A stretch of DNA of 64,000 nt, from contig CAYXYB010000004.1 of assembly GCA_964469215.1 (NCBI GenBank), positions 103,744 to 167,743 on the forward strand, written 5' to 3'. The position numbers were made by a program, and so were the translations under genes. Below, piece after piece: positions 19,648 to 28,610 of the stretch (position 1 is its first letter; every line of letters begins with the position of its first letter). This stretch comes from an uncultured Lentimicrobiaceae bacterium. Lineage in GTDB: Bacteria > Bacteroidota > Bacteroidia > Bacteroidales > SKPS01. The notes below the pieces were generated by a model that saw only the letters and a program-made list of their open reading frames with translations, searched no databases and was not told the DNA's origin.

Positions 19648-21480
19648 GTGTGTGGTCTTGCCGGAATATTTGATAATAATCTTAGCAGAAACGAATCAGA
19701 AGTATTGATTGACAGTATGCTGAGTGTACAGTTGCACCGCGGACCTGATAATTCAGGTACATATTTCGACCTCCCATTGGTTTTAGGCCACAACCGTCTT
19801 TCGATAATTGATCTTTCTGTTGAAGCAAACCAGCCTTTTCATTATGAAAATGTGGTTGTGGTTTTGAACGGAGAGATTTACAATTACCGGGAACTCCGGT
19901 TGGAACTGGAGAGAATGGGTCACATATTCACTACTCATTCTGATACTGAGGTCCTTGCAGCTTCCTATATCGCCTGGGGAGATGCTTGCGTTGAACACTT
20001 TATCGGGATGTGGGCATTTGCTTTATGGGATAAAAAAAACAGAAGACTTTTCTGTTCTCGAGACAGATTTGGTATAAAACCTTTTAACTATGTGCTAAAC
20101 GGCACAAGCCTATATTTTGCATCGGAGTATAAAGCGTTGAGAAAGGTGCCGGGTTTCACTCCTGAAATCAATCAGGAACAGATTGCCAGAGGATTACATC
20201 TCGGCTGGGTTACATATAAAGATGAAACCTGCTTTAAACAGATTAAAGCACTTCCGGCTGCATGCAACCTGGTTTTTGAAGGAAATGATATCAGGATTGA
20301 AAGATACTGGAATATTGATCTGAATAAAAAAATCAATATTTCCGATGATGAAATGGTATCAAGGTTTCTAGAACTATTCAGGGATTCCGTTAACCTCCAG
20401 TTGAGAAGTGATGTTAAATTGGGGACTTGTCTCAGTGGAGGGCTTGACAGCTCTTCAATCCTTTCAATGGTATCACATCTATTAGACAATCATCCAATAG
20501 ATGCATTTACCATATTTTATTCAGGCACAAATGATGTTGATGAAAGACCCTGGGCACAAAAAGTTATAGAAAAATACCCGGCAATAAAATGGCATACCTT
20601 CGAGCCAACAGATGATATGCTTCTCGAAGCATTTGAGAAGACTCAGTATCATGTCGAAACACCACTTGCCAGCTCTTCTCCGGTTTCGCAATTTTTTGTA
20701 ATGCAAATGGCATCCGAACAAAAAGTCAAAGTTCTGCTCGATGGCCAGGGAGCAGATGAGTATCTCGCTGGTTATATGCATGCGTTCGACAGACTTATCG
20801 GGCAGAAAATTGCCAGACTACAACTTAGTAAAGCATTAAAAGCTATTTACTGGCATCAGAAACGACATAAGCTTACTCCTGCCCAACTCATCTACTTTAT
20901 TGTTAAAAGCCTTATTGCAAGCACTGCGGGAGAGCAGAAATTTTTTACTTATGCTTATAAGAATAAGCATAAACAGGTGATTGCCCTTGAAGACGTAAAA
21001 ATTCCTTTTAAAATAAACGGGGCAACATCAACTAACCAATTCGATCAATATCTTTACCATCAGATATTTACAACCAGCCTCCCCACATTGCTGCATTATG
21101 AAGATCGTAATTCAATGGCTTTCAGTATCGAATCACGAGTTCCCTTCCTGGATCACAGATTGGTGGAGTTCTGCTTTCAACTTGGGAACAATGAAAAGAT
21201 AAAAGAGGGAGAAACAAAAAAAATCCTAAGAAATGCTATGAAGGATATAATACCTGATGAGATTAAAAACCGTCAGGATAAGAAAGGATTTGTTACCCCG
21301 GGTGAGGATAAATGGCTGAGGGGGCCACTGAAAAGTCTCTTATCAGTTGATTTCAAGGATTATAGTTTTATTGATTACAGGCTGGCAAAACAGGCAATAA
21401 CAGATTATGTAAACGGCCAACGCAACAGCCTCCTGGTATGGCGGCTAATTTCTCTTAATTATTGGCTAAGAATGCTCTGA
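19648..21480 (+). CDS. asnB: Asparagine synthase (glutamine-hydrolysing)
   Basis: A GTG start gives the N-terminal M-CGLAGIF (class II amidotransferase catalytic Cys2). SGGLDSS PP-loop motif. 610 aa. Confidence 0.8.
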   Translation: MCGLAGIFDNNLSRNESEVLIDSMLSVQLHRGPDNSGTYFDLPLVLGHNRLSIIDLSVEANQPFHYENVVVVLNGEIYNYRELRLELERMGHIFTTHSDTEVLAASYIAWGDACVEHFIGMWAFALWDKKNRRLFCSRDRFGIKPFNYVLNGTSLYFASEYKALRKVPGFTPEINQEQIARGLHLGWVTYKDETCFKQIKALPAACNLVFEGNDIRIERYWNIDLNKKINISDDEMVSRFLELFRDSVNLQLRSDVKLGTCLSGGLDSSSILSMVSHLLDNHPIDAFTIFYSGTNDVDERPWAQKVIEKYPAIKWHTFEPTDDMLLEAFEKTQYHVETPLASSSPVSQFFVMQMASEQKVKVLLDGQGADEYLAGYMHAFDRLIGQKIARLQLSKALKAIYWHQKRHKLTPAQLIYFIVKSLIASTAGEQKFFTYAYKNKHKQVIALEDVKIPFKINGATSTNQFDQYLYHQIFTTSLPTLLHYEDRNSMAFSIESRVPFLDHRLVEFCFQLGNNEKIKEGETKKILRNAMKDIIPDEIKNRQDKKGFVTPGEDKWLRGPLKSLLSVDFKDYSFIDYRLAKQAITDYVNGQRNSLLVWRLISLNYWLRML

Positions 21481-21533
21481 AAAATTTATATCACATTTTT
21501 TCTTACTTTCGTTTTTTATTTCGATTCATTTTT

Positions 21534-21541
21534 TACATTTG
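21534..21541 (+). promoter_or_regulatory. Candidate -7 box (TACATTTG) for the cytochrome operon
   Basis: Matches TAnnTTTG about 50 nt upstream of the ATG at 21592. Confidence 0.35.
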
Positions 21542-21591
21542 TACACAACTATCTATTTCAATATCTATATTATTGAATAAAACAAATAATT

Positions 21592-23172
21592 ATGCGTCAT
21601 CTTATTCAATTGATTTTCCTTGTTCTGGTTCCGGTAACCTTAATTGGAATTCTTATTTATGATATCCAAAACCTACCGGGATATAACAACCTTCCTGAAT
21701 TGAAGGACACCTATTCACAACAGGAGCATGGTAAAAAAGATCATTCCGGGTTCAAGGAACTTCAGGTCAATTTCTCTGATGCTCATTCAATTACTGCTGC
21801 CTGCCTTATATGTCATGAGGAACGTGGCCATGAGCTTTTAAAAAGTCATCATTTTACCTGGGAGAAGGAGGAATATATTGAAGAACGAGGGGTAGTTTAT
21901 TACGGTAAGAAAAATGCTCTGAATAATTTCTGCACAGGTATTGCAGGTAGCGAGGCGACATGCAACCGTTGCCATGCCGGGTATGGTTATTCTGATAAAA
22001 ATTATGATTTTACTAATCCTAAAAATATCGACTGTCTGGTCTGTCACGATAATTCCATGTTGTATGAAAAAGCAAATGGAGCGGCAGGTTACCCGATTGA
22101 CGGAATTGATTATTTAAAAGTATTTGAATCAATATCATCACCAAAGAAAGCCAACTGTGGATCTTGTCATTTCCACAGTGCCGGTGGGAACAATGTAAAA
22201 CATGGAGACCTGGAGGCAGCCATTCTTACATCAAACCGAGATGTTGATTTACATATGGGTCTGGATGGCGTTAACCTGGAATGTATTGATTGTCACAAAA
22301 CAAAAAATCATGTTATGAAAGGCCGTTATTATGGTCTTTCCTCCACAAACCACCGTCGTGCACAATGTGAAGACTGCCACACCCATTTCCCTCACAAGGA
22401 TGATCTAACAAATGAGCATACATTAAAAGTATCATGTAAAACCTGTCATATACCCTTCTATGCCAAAGTTAACCCTACCAAGATGAGTTGGGACTGGTCA
22501 ACCGCAACCGAGAAACTTGATTCTGCAGGGGGAAGTTTATCCATTTATAATGAAGCCGGCGAGCAGGTTTATTTAACAGATAAGGGTACTTTCACATGGA
22601 AAAGGAATGTTACCCCTGATTATACCTGGTTTAACGGCACCGCAGATCACCACCTTCTTACTGACAGTATCACAACTGTACCTGTACAAATCAACACACT
22701 CTTCGGCAATTACAAAGATCCCTCAGCTAAAATTATCCCTGTTAAGATTCATCGGGGTGCACAACCTTGTGATCTGGTTACCAACAGGATTGTTCAGGCA
22801 AAACTCTGGGATGCAGAGAAAGGCAAAGGTGGCCTTTGGGTTGATTTTAACTGGGATGCTGCTCTGAAAGCGGGTATGAGTTATCTGGATCTCCCTTTTA
22901 GTGGTAAATTCGATTTCGTACAAACTGAGATGTATCTTCCTGTAAGTCATATGGTTTCTCCGGCAAGCGAATCTCTTAAATGTATTGATTGTCACTCAAG
23001 AAACAACAGCAGGCTGGCCGGACTTACCGATTTCTATTTGCCGGGTCGCGACCGGAATGCTTCATTAGATATCTTTGGCAGGCTACTTATAATTTTCGCT
23101 TTTGCTGGTGTTGTGGTTCACGCACTTTCGAGGATTATTATCAGCAAAAGGAGGAAGACAGCAAATAATTGA
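21592..23172 (+). CDS. Octaheme c-type cytochrome (tetrathionate-reductase/Otr-like family), membrane anchored
   Basis: Eight CxxCH motifs: CLICH, CNRCH, CLVCH, CGSCH, CIDCH, CEDCH, CKTCH, CIDCH. N-terminal signal/anchor helix plus a C-terminal hydrophobic helix (LLIIFAFAGVVVHAL). Confidence 0.7.
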   Translation: MRHLIQLIFLVLVPVTLIGILIYDIQNLPGYNNLPELKDTYSQQEHGKKDHSGFKELQVNFSDAHSITAACLICHEERGHELLKSHHFTWEKEEYIEERGVVYYGKKNALNNFCTGIAGSEATCNRCHAGYGYSDKNYDFTNPKNIDCLVCHDNSMLYEKANGAAGYPIDGIDYLKVFESISSPKKANCGSCHFHSAGGNNVKHGDLEAAILTSNRDVDLHMGLDGVNLECIDCHKTKNHVMKGRYYGLSSTNHRRAQCEDCHTHFPHKDDLTNEHTLKVSCKTCHIPFYAKVNPTKMSWDWSTATEKLDSAGGSLSIYNEAGEQVYLTDKGTFTWKRNVTPDYTWFNGTADHHLLTDSITTVPVQINTLFGNYKDPSAKIIPVKIHRGAQPCDLVTNRIVQAKLWDAEKGKGGLWVDFNWDAALKAGMSYLDLPFSGKFDFVQTEMYLPVSHMVSPASESLKCIDCHSRNNSRLAGLTDFYLPGRDRNASLDIFGRLLIIFAFAGVVVHALSRIIISKRRKTANN

Positions 23173-23198
23173 TAATCTCAATAAACCAATAGAAAAAA

Positions 23199-23921
23199 AT
23201 GATAAATAAACGGGTTTACATTTACAGGTTATTCGAGAGAATATGGCACTGGACGCAGGCATTGCTAATCTTTATTTTGATTTTCACAGGATTCGAAATA
23301 CACAGTTCCTATAATGCAATAGGTTTTGAGAATGCTGTAAGATATCACAATGTAGCTGCTATCTCATTGATAATTCTTATAATATTCGCAATATTCTGGC
23401 ATTTCACAACCGATGAATGGAAACAGTATATTCCTACTGTCAAGAACCTTAAAGCTCAGATTAACTATTATATAACCGGTATCTTCAGGAACGCCCCCCA
23501 CCCTACCAGAAAAACCCTACTTTCAAAACTGAATCCTTTACAAAGATTGGTATACCTTGGATTAAAACTGGTTCTAATCCCATTGATGGTTATATCCGGA
23601 TTGCTTTATCTGTATTACCGTTACCCTGTAAAAGGGAGAATTGAATCTCTGGAATGGATTGAACTGCAAAACGCTGCCTGGGCCCATACTCTGGGTGCTT
23701 TTCTGCTTTCAACATTTGTCATTGTTCACCTGTATCTCATAACCACAGGTCGGACGGTAACCACAAACATCAAAGCAATGATCACAGGTTTTGAAGAATT
23801 AGAGGAGAATGACAAAGATAATCTTGTTGATGATAATCCGGACTTACCGCAAGGAACCGGAAATGGTAGTGATTCAAAAAGAGAACACACAGACCCGCTT
23901 CCTGATGCGAATGATTTATGA
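23199..23921 (+). CDS. Membrane cytochrome b subunit (Ni/Fe-hydrogenase / PhsC-type cytochrome b family)
   Basis: RIWHWTQALLIFILIFTGFEIH and further His-bearing TM helices (4-5 TM). Sits immediately downstream of the multiheme cytochrome. Confidence 0.6.
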   Translation: MINKRVYIYRLFERIWHWTQALLIFILIFTGFEIHSSYNAIGFENAVRYHNVAAISLIILIIFAIFWHFTTDEWKQYIPTVKNLKAQINYYITGIFRNAPHPTRKTLLSKLNPLQRLVYLGLKLVLIPLMVISGLLYLYYRYPVKGRIESLEWIELQNAAWAHTLGAFLLSTFVIVHLYLITTGRTVTTNIKAMITGFEELEENDKDNLVDDNPDLPQGTGNGSDSKREHTDPLPDANDL

Positions 23922-23957
23922 TGACAAAATAGTTTTACTGAAATCAAAATATAAGAA

Positions 23958-24470
23958 ATGACTACTGAAAAGAGTAAACAGTACATAAACCCCTATCTTG
24001 GTGGTTTTCTTCTTGGACTGGTGTTGCTTTCGGCTTTTGTAGCCGGTGGGCATGGCCTTGGCTCCAGCGGAGCAGTTAAAAATCTTGTTATTGCTGCCGT
24101 TAATAATATTGCCCCGTCTTTGGGAGAAGGGCGACAGTTTTTCGCAAAACCCGCTGAAAGTATCTGGTCATCATGGATTGTTATCATGTTTATTGGTGTG
24201 ATAGCTGGCGGATTTATTTCAGGGGTGGTTGCAGGGCGGTTAAAATTCACAATTGAACGTGGTCCCAGAATCAAACCTGCCACCCGTCTGCTGTTTGCTC
24301 TTATAGGAGGCGCACTTTTTGGATTTGGTGCACAGTTGGGAAAGGGTTGCACCAGCGGTGCGGCTCTCAGTGGCATGGCTGTTCTTTCAACATCAGGAAT
24401 TATAACCATGATGGTAATATTTGGCACCGGTTTTTTGATTGCAGCTCTTTTCAGGAGGTTGTGGGTATAA
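23958..24470 (+). CDS. YeeE/YedE-family sulfur-compound transporter, half-size subunit
   Basis: Sulf_transp-type motif LGKGCTSGAALSG. Four hydrophobic helices. Confidence 0.65.
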   Translation: MTTEKSKQYINPYLGGFLLGLVLLSAFVAGGHGLGSSGAVKNLVIAAVNNIAPSLGEGRQFFAKPAESIWSSWIVIMFIGVIAGGFISGVVAGRLKFTIERGPRIKPATRLLFALIGGALFGFGAQLGKGCTSGAALSGMAVLSTSGIITMMVIFGTGFLIAALFRRLWV

Positions 24471-24473
24471 TTA

Positions 24474-24494
24474 GTTATGAGTTATGAGTTATGA
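24474..24494. repeat. Heptamer tandem repeat (GTTATGA)x3
   Basis: Three perfect copies, lying 25 nt upstream of the ATG at 24519. Confidence 0.8.
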
Positions 24495-24518
24495 ATATTA
24501 ATAGCAAAAAATCAATAT

Positions 24519-25745
24519 ATGGCTCCTTTGTTTCCATTGGGAATTATTGATCAGGGATGGTATCTGGTGATCATCTTTCTGATAGGTTTGTTCTTTGGGC
24601 TGGTTCTAGAACAATCTGGATTTTCTTCATCAAGAAAACTCGCCGGTGTTTTCTACGGCTACGACTTCGTTGTATTGAAGGTCTTTTTTACTGCCGGAAT
24701 AACAGCTATGTCCGGGCTTGTTATCCTTGGGTATTTTGAATTAATTGACCTTAACCTGCTCAACATCAATTCCAATTTTCTGTTAAGTGCTGTGACAGGC
24801 GGGGTGATAATGGGATTTGGTTTCATCCTCGGGGGGTTTTGTCCGGGAACAAGCCTTACCGGAGCAGTGATCGGGAAAATTGATGCTATGGTTTTCGTGA
24901 TTGGTGTTTTCCTGGGGATATTTATCTTTGGGTTAACTGGTAATACTTTTAATTCTCTTTTTTCGGGATATTACTTCGACAGGGAACTGATATCAGAAAC
25001 ACTGGGTGTTGGTAAACACTTTATGGTTTTTGTATGGATTGTTATGGCGCTTGCATCATTCGGTGTGGCTTCATGGTTCGAAAAGCGTTCAACAAAAGGC
25101 CTTGTTCCAACCAATAAAAAATTTCATGGATTGTTTATTGAAGTTGGTTTGGCAATTGCAATAGCTGTAATAATACTTATTCTTCCACAGAAAAAGGCTA
25201 AAGGTTTGCTGGAAACTGATGAATACAGAGTGACCACCTCAATAAGTGACTCAAAACTTCTAATGAGTCCAGATGAATTGTCGTATCTCATGATCAATAA
25301 CCCCGGCAGCATTAAAATCATTGATGTCAGGGATCAAAAATCATTTGCAGAATTTAATATTCCGGGTTCTGAAAATATCCCTATTGAGTTAATTACTCAA
25401 AAAGAATACAATGATCTATTTAATGATAAATATAAAAAAACAGTTCTGATTTGTAAACAGGGCATTACATCTGCAAGAGCAAGAGTTTTACTCGCCAGAG
25501 AAGGTTTTGATCAGATACAAATTCTGGATGGAGGGTTAGACAACCTTGTGAAAACAATTTTCTTCGACAATACTGCTCCGGATGGTACATTCGCTTATGA
25601 TGAAATAAGTCGTTACAGGTTCAGGAAAAGGGCAGCAGATATATTCTCCGGAAAATCGGAATCGGAATTGCCTGCCACGCTAAGATCTCCTGCCACAAGA
25701 ACCACTCCCGTTACCGTTTTAAAACCCTCTTCGGGGGGATGCTGA
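24519..25745 (+). CDS. YeeE/YedE-family half-transporter fused to a C-terminal rhodanese domain
   Basis: N-terminal GGFCPGTSLTGA motif in the TM region. C-terminal rhodanese with active-site loop LICKQGITSARA. Pro-rich tail ending in SSGGC. Confidence 0.65.
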   Translation: MAPLFPLGIIDQGWYLVIIFLIGLFFGLVLEQSGFSSSRKLAGVFYGYDFVVLKVFFTAGITAMSGLVILGYFELIDLNLLNINSNFLLSAVTGGVIMGFGFILGGFCPGTSLTGAVIGKIDAMVFVIGVFLGIFIFGLTGNTFNSLFSGYYFDRELISETLGVGKHFMVFVWIVMALASFGVASWFEKRSTKGLVPTNKKFHGLFIEVGLAIAIAVIILILPQKKAKGLLETDEYRVTTSISDSKLLMSPDELSYLMINNPGSIKIIDVRDQKSFAEFNIPGSENIPIELITQKEYNDLFNDKYKKTVLICKQGITSARARVLLAREGFDQIQILDGGLDNLVKTIFFDNTAPDGTFAYDEISRYRFRKRAADIFSGKSESELPATLRSPATRTTPVTVLKPSSGGC

Positions 25746-25823
25746 GCCGGTTAAATACAATAATCCAACAGATGTATTACATGTCAAAATCAATAGATAA
25801 GAACAAAAATTCATAAAAATATC

Positions 25824-26384
25824 ATGAATCTTACAGAGATAAATCCATTAAGAAAAGGAATGATAGCGGTGCTGGTGCTTTTGGTTTCAGGTGTTATTCT
25901 ATTGTGGCTTTGGCCTGGTAAATATAAAATTCCTGTTTCTGAAGCAGCAAGCCTTGCAGCAGATATCAAAGGTATTCATGAATCGGACTGGGTTGAATTT
26001 ATTTCATCTTCAGGAAACCGTTTGATGATAGTAGATATCCGTAACGAAAACCTATATAATGCCTCACACCTTGAAAATGCTATAAATATTCCTGCAGAAA
26101 AAGTATTCGAAAAACGAAACCTCAGAAAACTCAGGAAGAATCCTGTTGTCGTTTATGGATCTTCTGTTTATGAAGCTCATCAGGTTGCCCTTCTCCTGAT
26201 TATGACAGGGGTTGATGCCACTCCCCTGAATGTTGATTATATTTATGGTAAAGAAGCTTCACTTACAAAACCGGATGAATCGGATTCCGTTTACAATTAC
26301 CGTGAAATATTCAAATCATTTGAAATAAAAGAACCGGCGCCAGTAGTGATTAAGGTGCCGGTTCCAAAACCTCAGGGGTGCTGA
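25824..26384 (+). CDS. Membrane-anchored rhodanese-like protein lacking the active-site Cys
   Basis: N-terminal TM helix. Rhodanese fold (LMIVDIRNENLYNASHLENAINIP). The active-site loop position reads VVVYGSSVYEAH with no Cys. Pro-rich tail ending in KPQGC. Confidence 0.55.
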   Translation: MNLTEINPLRKGMIAVLVLLVSGVILLWLWPGKYKIPVSEAASLAADIKGIHESDWVEFISSSGNRLMIVDIRNENLYNASHLENAINIPAEKVFEKRNLRKLRKNPVVVYGSSVYEAHQVALLLIMTGVDATPLNVDYIYGKEASLTKPDESDSVYNYREIFKSFEIKEPAPVVIKVPVPKPQGC

Positions 26385-26396
26385 GAAACTTTTGTT

Positions 26397-27272
26397 CTAT
26401 TTTGCTTTTAACGCAATGCCATTGAGCACTTCCACCTTTTCGCGAGCAACAAATACAGCAACCCTGCATTTATCAATATCAACAACTCCACCACCCGGAG
26501 GTATTGTAGCGCCGTTGTAATCATCCGGAACCACATAAGTGAAAGTTTTGGTGTATTTTCCATCTTTTACGGTCTTGTCAGATGGAATCTGCTCTCCCCA
26601 CTGGCCAGTTATATAATGTCTCAACATATTATTATGCACATAGTTGTCGCCACCTCCGGATTGTTTAGCCACAGTACCATCCTGCAGTAAGGCTACGTTT
26701 AAATAATTCTGTATTGTTTCTGCAGCAGTGTAATACAGGTCGACCTTTACGGTAAGAGTTCTGGTTGCTGCGTCAAAAGTTGATTTGGCACCAATATTTA
26801 CAGGAGCATCCTCCTGCATTATGGTGTTAGCGGCAGCCGTCCAGCCACTTCGACTCATTGCAAGAGCATTTCCGCTATTCATCACAGCATACTGAGAGCC
26901 AGTAAACTTATGTCTGTTTACAGTACCCGCAGGTACTCCTGTTAATCCTGAATTTGTAACAAGTGCCGCACCAAATGGTGTGGTAAAATTTGCCCATCCG
27001 GCCTGTGGCGTTGCATATGATGTAGAATGTGTGGCTATGACAATAACTTTTCCTGGATTATTATCCATCAGAGTCTTGGCAATAGAAGAGCCATCAGGGC
27101 AATTAGGGCACCGAACACCGGTAAATTGCTCCAGAACGGCATTCTTCTTCTGTGGAGTTGTTGGAGCAAGGAACTCATCCTTTGGCTTGTCGTTGTCATC
27201 AGTACCATCCTTTTCACAGGAAAAAAATGCAAACGATAAACCTAAAATCAATAACAGCGCAAGTTTCTTCAT
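26397..27272 (-). CDS. Omp28-related outer-membrane lipoprotein (thioredoxin-like N-terminal motif)
   Basis: Lipoprotein signal LLILGLSFAFFSC. EQFTGVRCPNCPDG motif characteristic of Omp28-related proteins. Confidence 0.5.
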   Translation of the reverse strand: MKKLALLLILGLSFAFFSCEKDGTDDNDKPKDEFLAPTTPQKKNAVLEQFTGVRCPNCPDGSSIAKTLMDNNPGKVIVIATHSTSYATPQAGWANFTTPFGAALVTNSGLTGVPAGTVNRHKFTGSQYAVMNSGNALAMSRSGWTAAANTIMQEDAPVNIGAKSTFDAATRTLTVKVDLYYTAAETIQNYLNVALLQDGTVAKQSGGGDNYVHNNMLRHYITGQWGEQIPSDKTVKDGKYTKTFTYVVPDDYNGATIPPGGGVVDIDKCRVAVFVAREKVEVLNGIALKAK

Positions 27273-27358
27273 AGTATTTTCATTTTTTTATTTATGCAAA
27301 TATAGACATAAATTATTATCCAAAGATCAACCTGAAAAAAGTCTAACCGAACACATAA

Positions 27359-27685
27359 TTATTTTAGGATACCAATACGGATTCCGGCAGTTGGCAGAAC
27401 TTCTGAATAATCAATGTTATTCAACTTTTTATATCTGGTCAGATGTCTTTCGCCTCCATACTTGCTCAACCGGATTATCCCTCCAATATAAAAATCAACG
27501 GCTAATACTCTGTAAACCGGCAACTGGTAACCAAGCATAAAACCTGCACCAATTACACCAAGATGCCTGTTAACCTTATGAATCTTATATTGATCTCCAA
27601 TCCATCGACCCTCCTCACCTCTGATTCTTACATAACGATAGTTCAATACAGGACCGGCATACAATCCAAGAGGAGCTTTTTCCAA
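27359..27685 (-). other. Short ORF resembling the C-terminal part of an outer-membrane beta-barrel protein; possible gene remnant
   Basis: Alternating hydrophobic/aromatic beta-strand pattern (GVIGAGFMLGYQL, AVDFYIGGIIRL). No signal peptide and only 108 aa. Confidence 0.25.
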
Positions 27686-27960
27686 AGAATAGAGTCGATT
27701 AAGTAAAAAATTATTAAACCTGAATTCTACCCCATAACAAGTACATATCTCACAAGTATATTTTTGCCAGAATCAGTTTTTGAATTTTTATCATTATGTG
27801 ATTAAATGATTGATTATAATTAAGATGAATATTTCGTATGAAATGTTGCTTCATCTTAAGTTAATATGCTAAGATTGAAATCCTCTCCTATTAGGAAGGC
27901 AGTGCTTTTAGAATAAATGTTAAAATTTGTTAAAAAAATTGTGGCTAATAAAACATATTT

Positions 27961-27968
27961 TACTTTTG
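27961..27968 (+). promoter_or_regulatory. Candidate -7 box (TACTTTTG) for the tetR operon
   Basis: Matches TAnnTTTG about 39 nt upstream of the tetR ATG. Overlaps the palindrome below. Confidence 0.4.
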
Positions 27969-27985
27969 ACCGACCGTTCAGTCAA
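27966..27985. promoter_or_regulatory. Candidate TetR operator (imperfect 20-bp palindrome)
   Basis: TTGACCGACCGTTCAGTCAA; 16 of 20 positions are self-complementary, with perfect TTGAC/GTCAA ends. Overlaps the -7 box and the predicted TSS. Confidence 0.45.
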
Positions 27986-28006
27986 AATATTCTGGAGCAA
28001 TAACAC

Positions 28007-28609
28007 ATGGCACCAAAAACAGAAATTCAATTTGAAGAGATCAGGCTTGAGAAGCGCGAGAAAATTCTGAATGCTGCTCTTAAGCTGTTTGCCGGGAATG
28101 GATATCATGGAACTTCGATCAGTATGATTGCCGAAGAAGCCGGTATTTCCAAAGGTCTAATCTACTCATATTTTAAGAGCAAGGAGGATCTGCTACTGGA
28201 ACTTTTCGAGGGTTACCTCGATATCTTTACCAGTTTACTGAATCCTGACAACGATGAAGAGATCACCAATGAAGAGATGGAAAGATTCTTCCGGTTGCTT
28301 AAAGAGTCATTGATAAAGAATAACGACTTCTGGCAATTGATTGTACAACTCACAGTTCAGCCACAGGTTTTGAAATTGCTGACAAACAGAATGGAGACCC
28401 TTGAGATATTACAAAAACACCAATGGTTAATCAATAAGTATTTTGAACAACGTTTCGAGAATCCTGAAATGGAAATGCTGATTTTCATGTCTCTGATCAA
28501 GGGTTTCTCAATAGTTTATGCCCTCACCCCACAAATGGTTCCGGAAGGCAGTGTTGATATTTTCATTCAGAGGATGATAAAAACATACATCACAGATAAA
28601 ATAAAATAA
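28007..28609 (+). CDS. TetR/AcrR-family transcriptional regulator
   Basis: N-terminal HTH: ILNAALKLFAGNGYHGTSISMIAEEAGISKGLIYSYFKSKEDL. Confidence 0.9.
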   Translation: MAPKTEIQFEEIRLEKREKILNAALKLFAGNGYHGTSISMIAEEAGISKGLIYSYFKSKEDLLLELFEGYLDIFTSLLNPDNDEEITNEEMERFFRLLKESLIKNNDFWQLIVQLTVQPQVLKLLTNRMETLEILQKHQWLINKYFEQRFENPEMEMLIFMSLIKGFSIVYALTPQMVPEGSVDIFIQRMIKTYITDKIK

Positions 28610-28610
28610 C

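Noticed and set aside
23993-24427. 144-aa antisense ORF opposite the YeeE/YedE gene; similar shadow ORFs at 1343..1762, 31207..31755, 32304..32645 and 50860..51132
   Set aside because: These lie entirely inside strongly supported genes on the other strand. Their composition is low-complexity (P/A/R/S-rich), typical of shadow frames, and no motifs are present.
24477-24494. Mini-ORFs ATG AGT TAT GAG TTA TGA (MSYEL) created by the heptamer repeats; possible leader peptides
   Set aside because: They are an automatic by-product of the GTTATGA unit, which contains both ATG and TGA. The arrays occur in both orientations relative to the adjacent genes, so a leader-peptide role is not supported.
27821-27859. 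10-bp perfect inverted repeat (TTAAGATGAA ... TTCATCTTAA) in the AT-rich gap upstream of tetR
   Set aside because: It has a 19-nt loop, no flanking T-run and no adjacent gene end to terminate, and it lies in a low-complexity AT-rich stretch where such matches arise easily. It is not called as a terminator or ncRNA.
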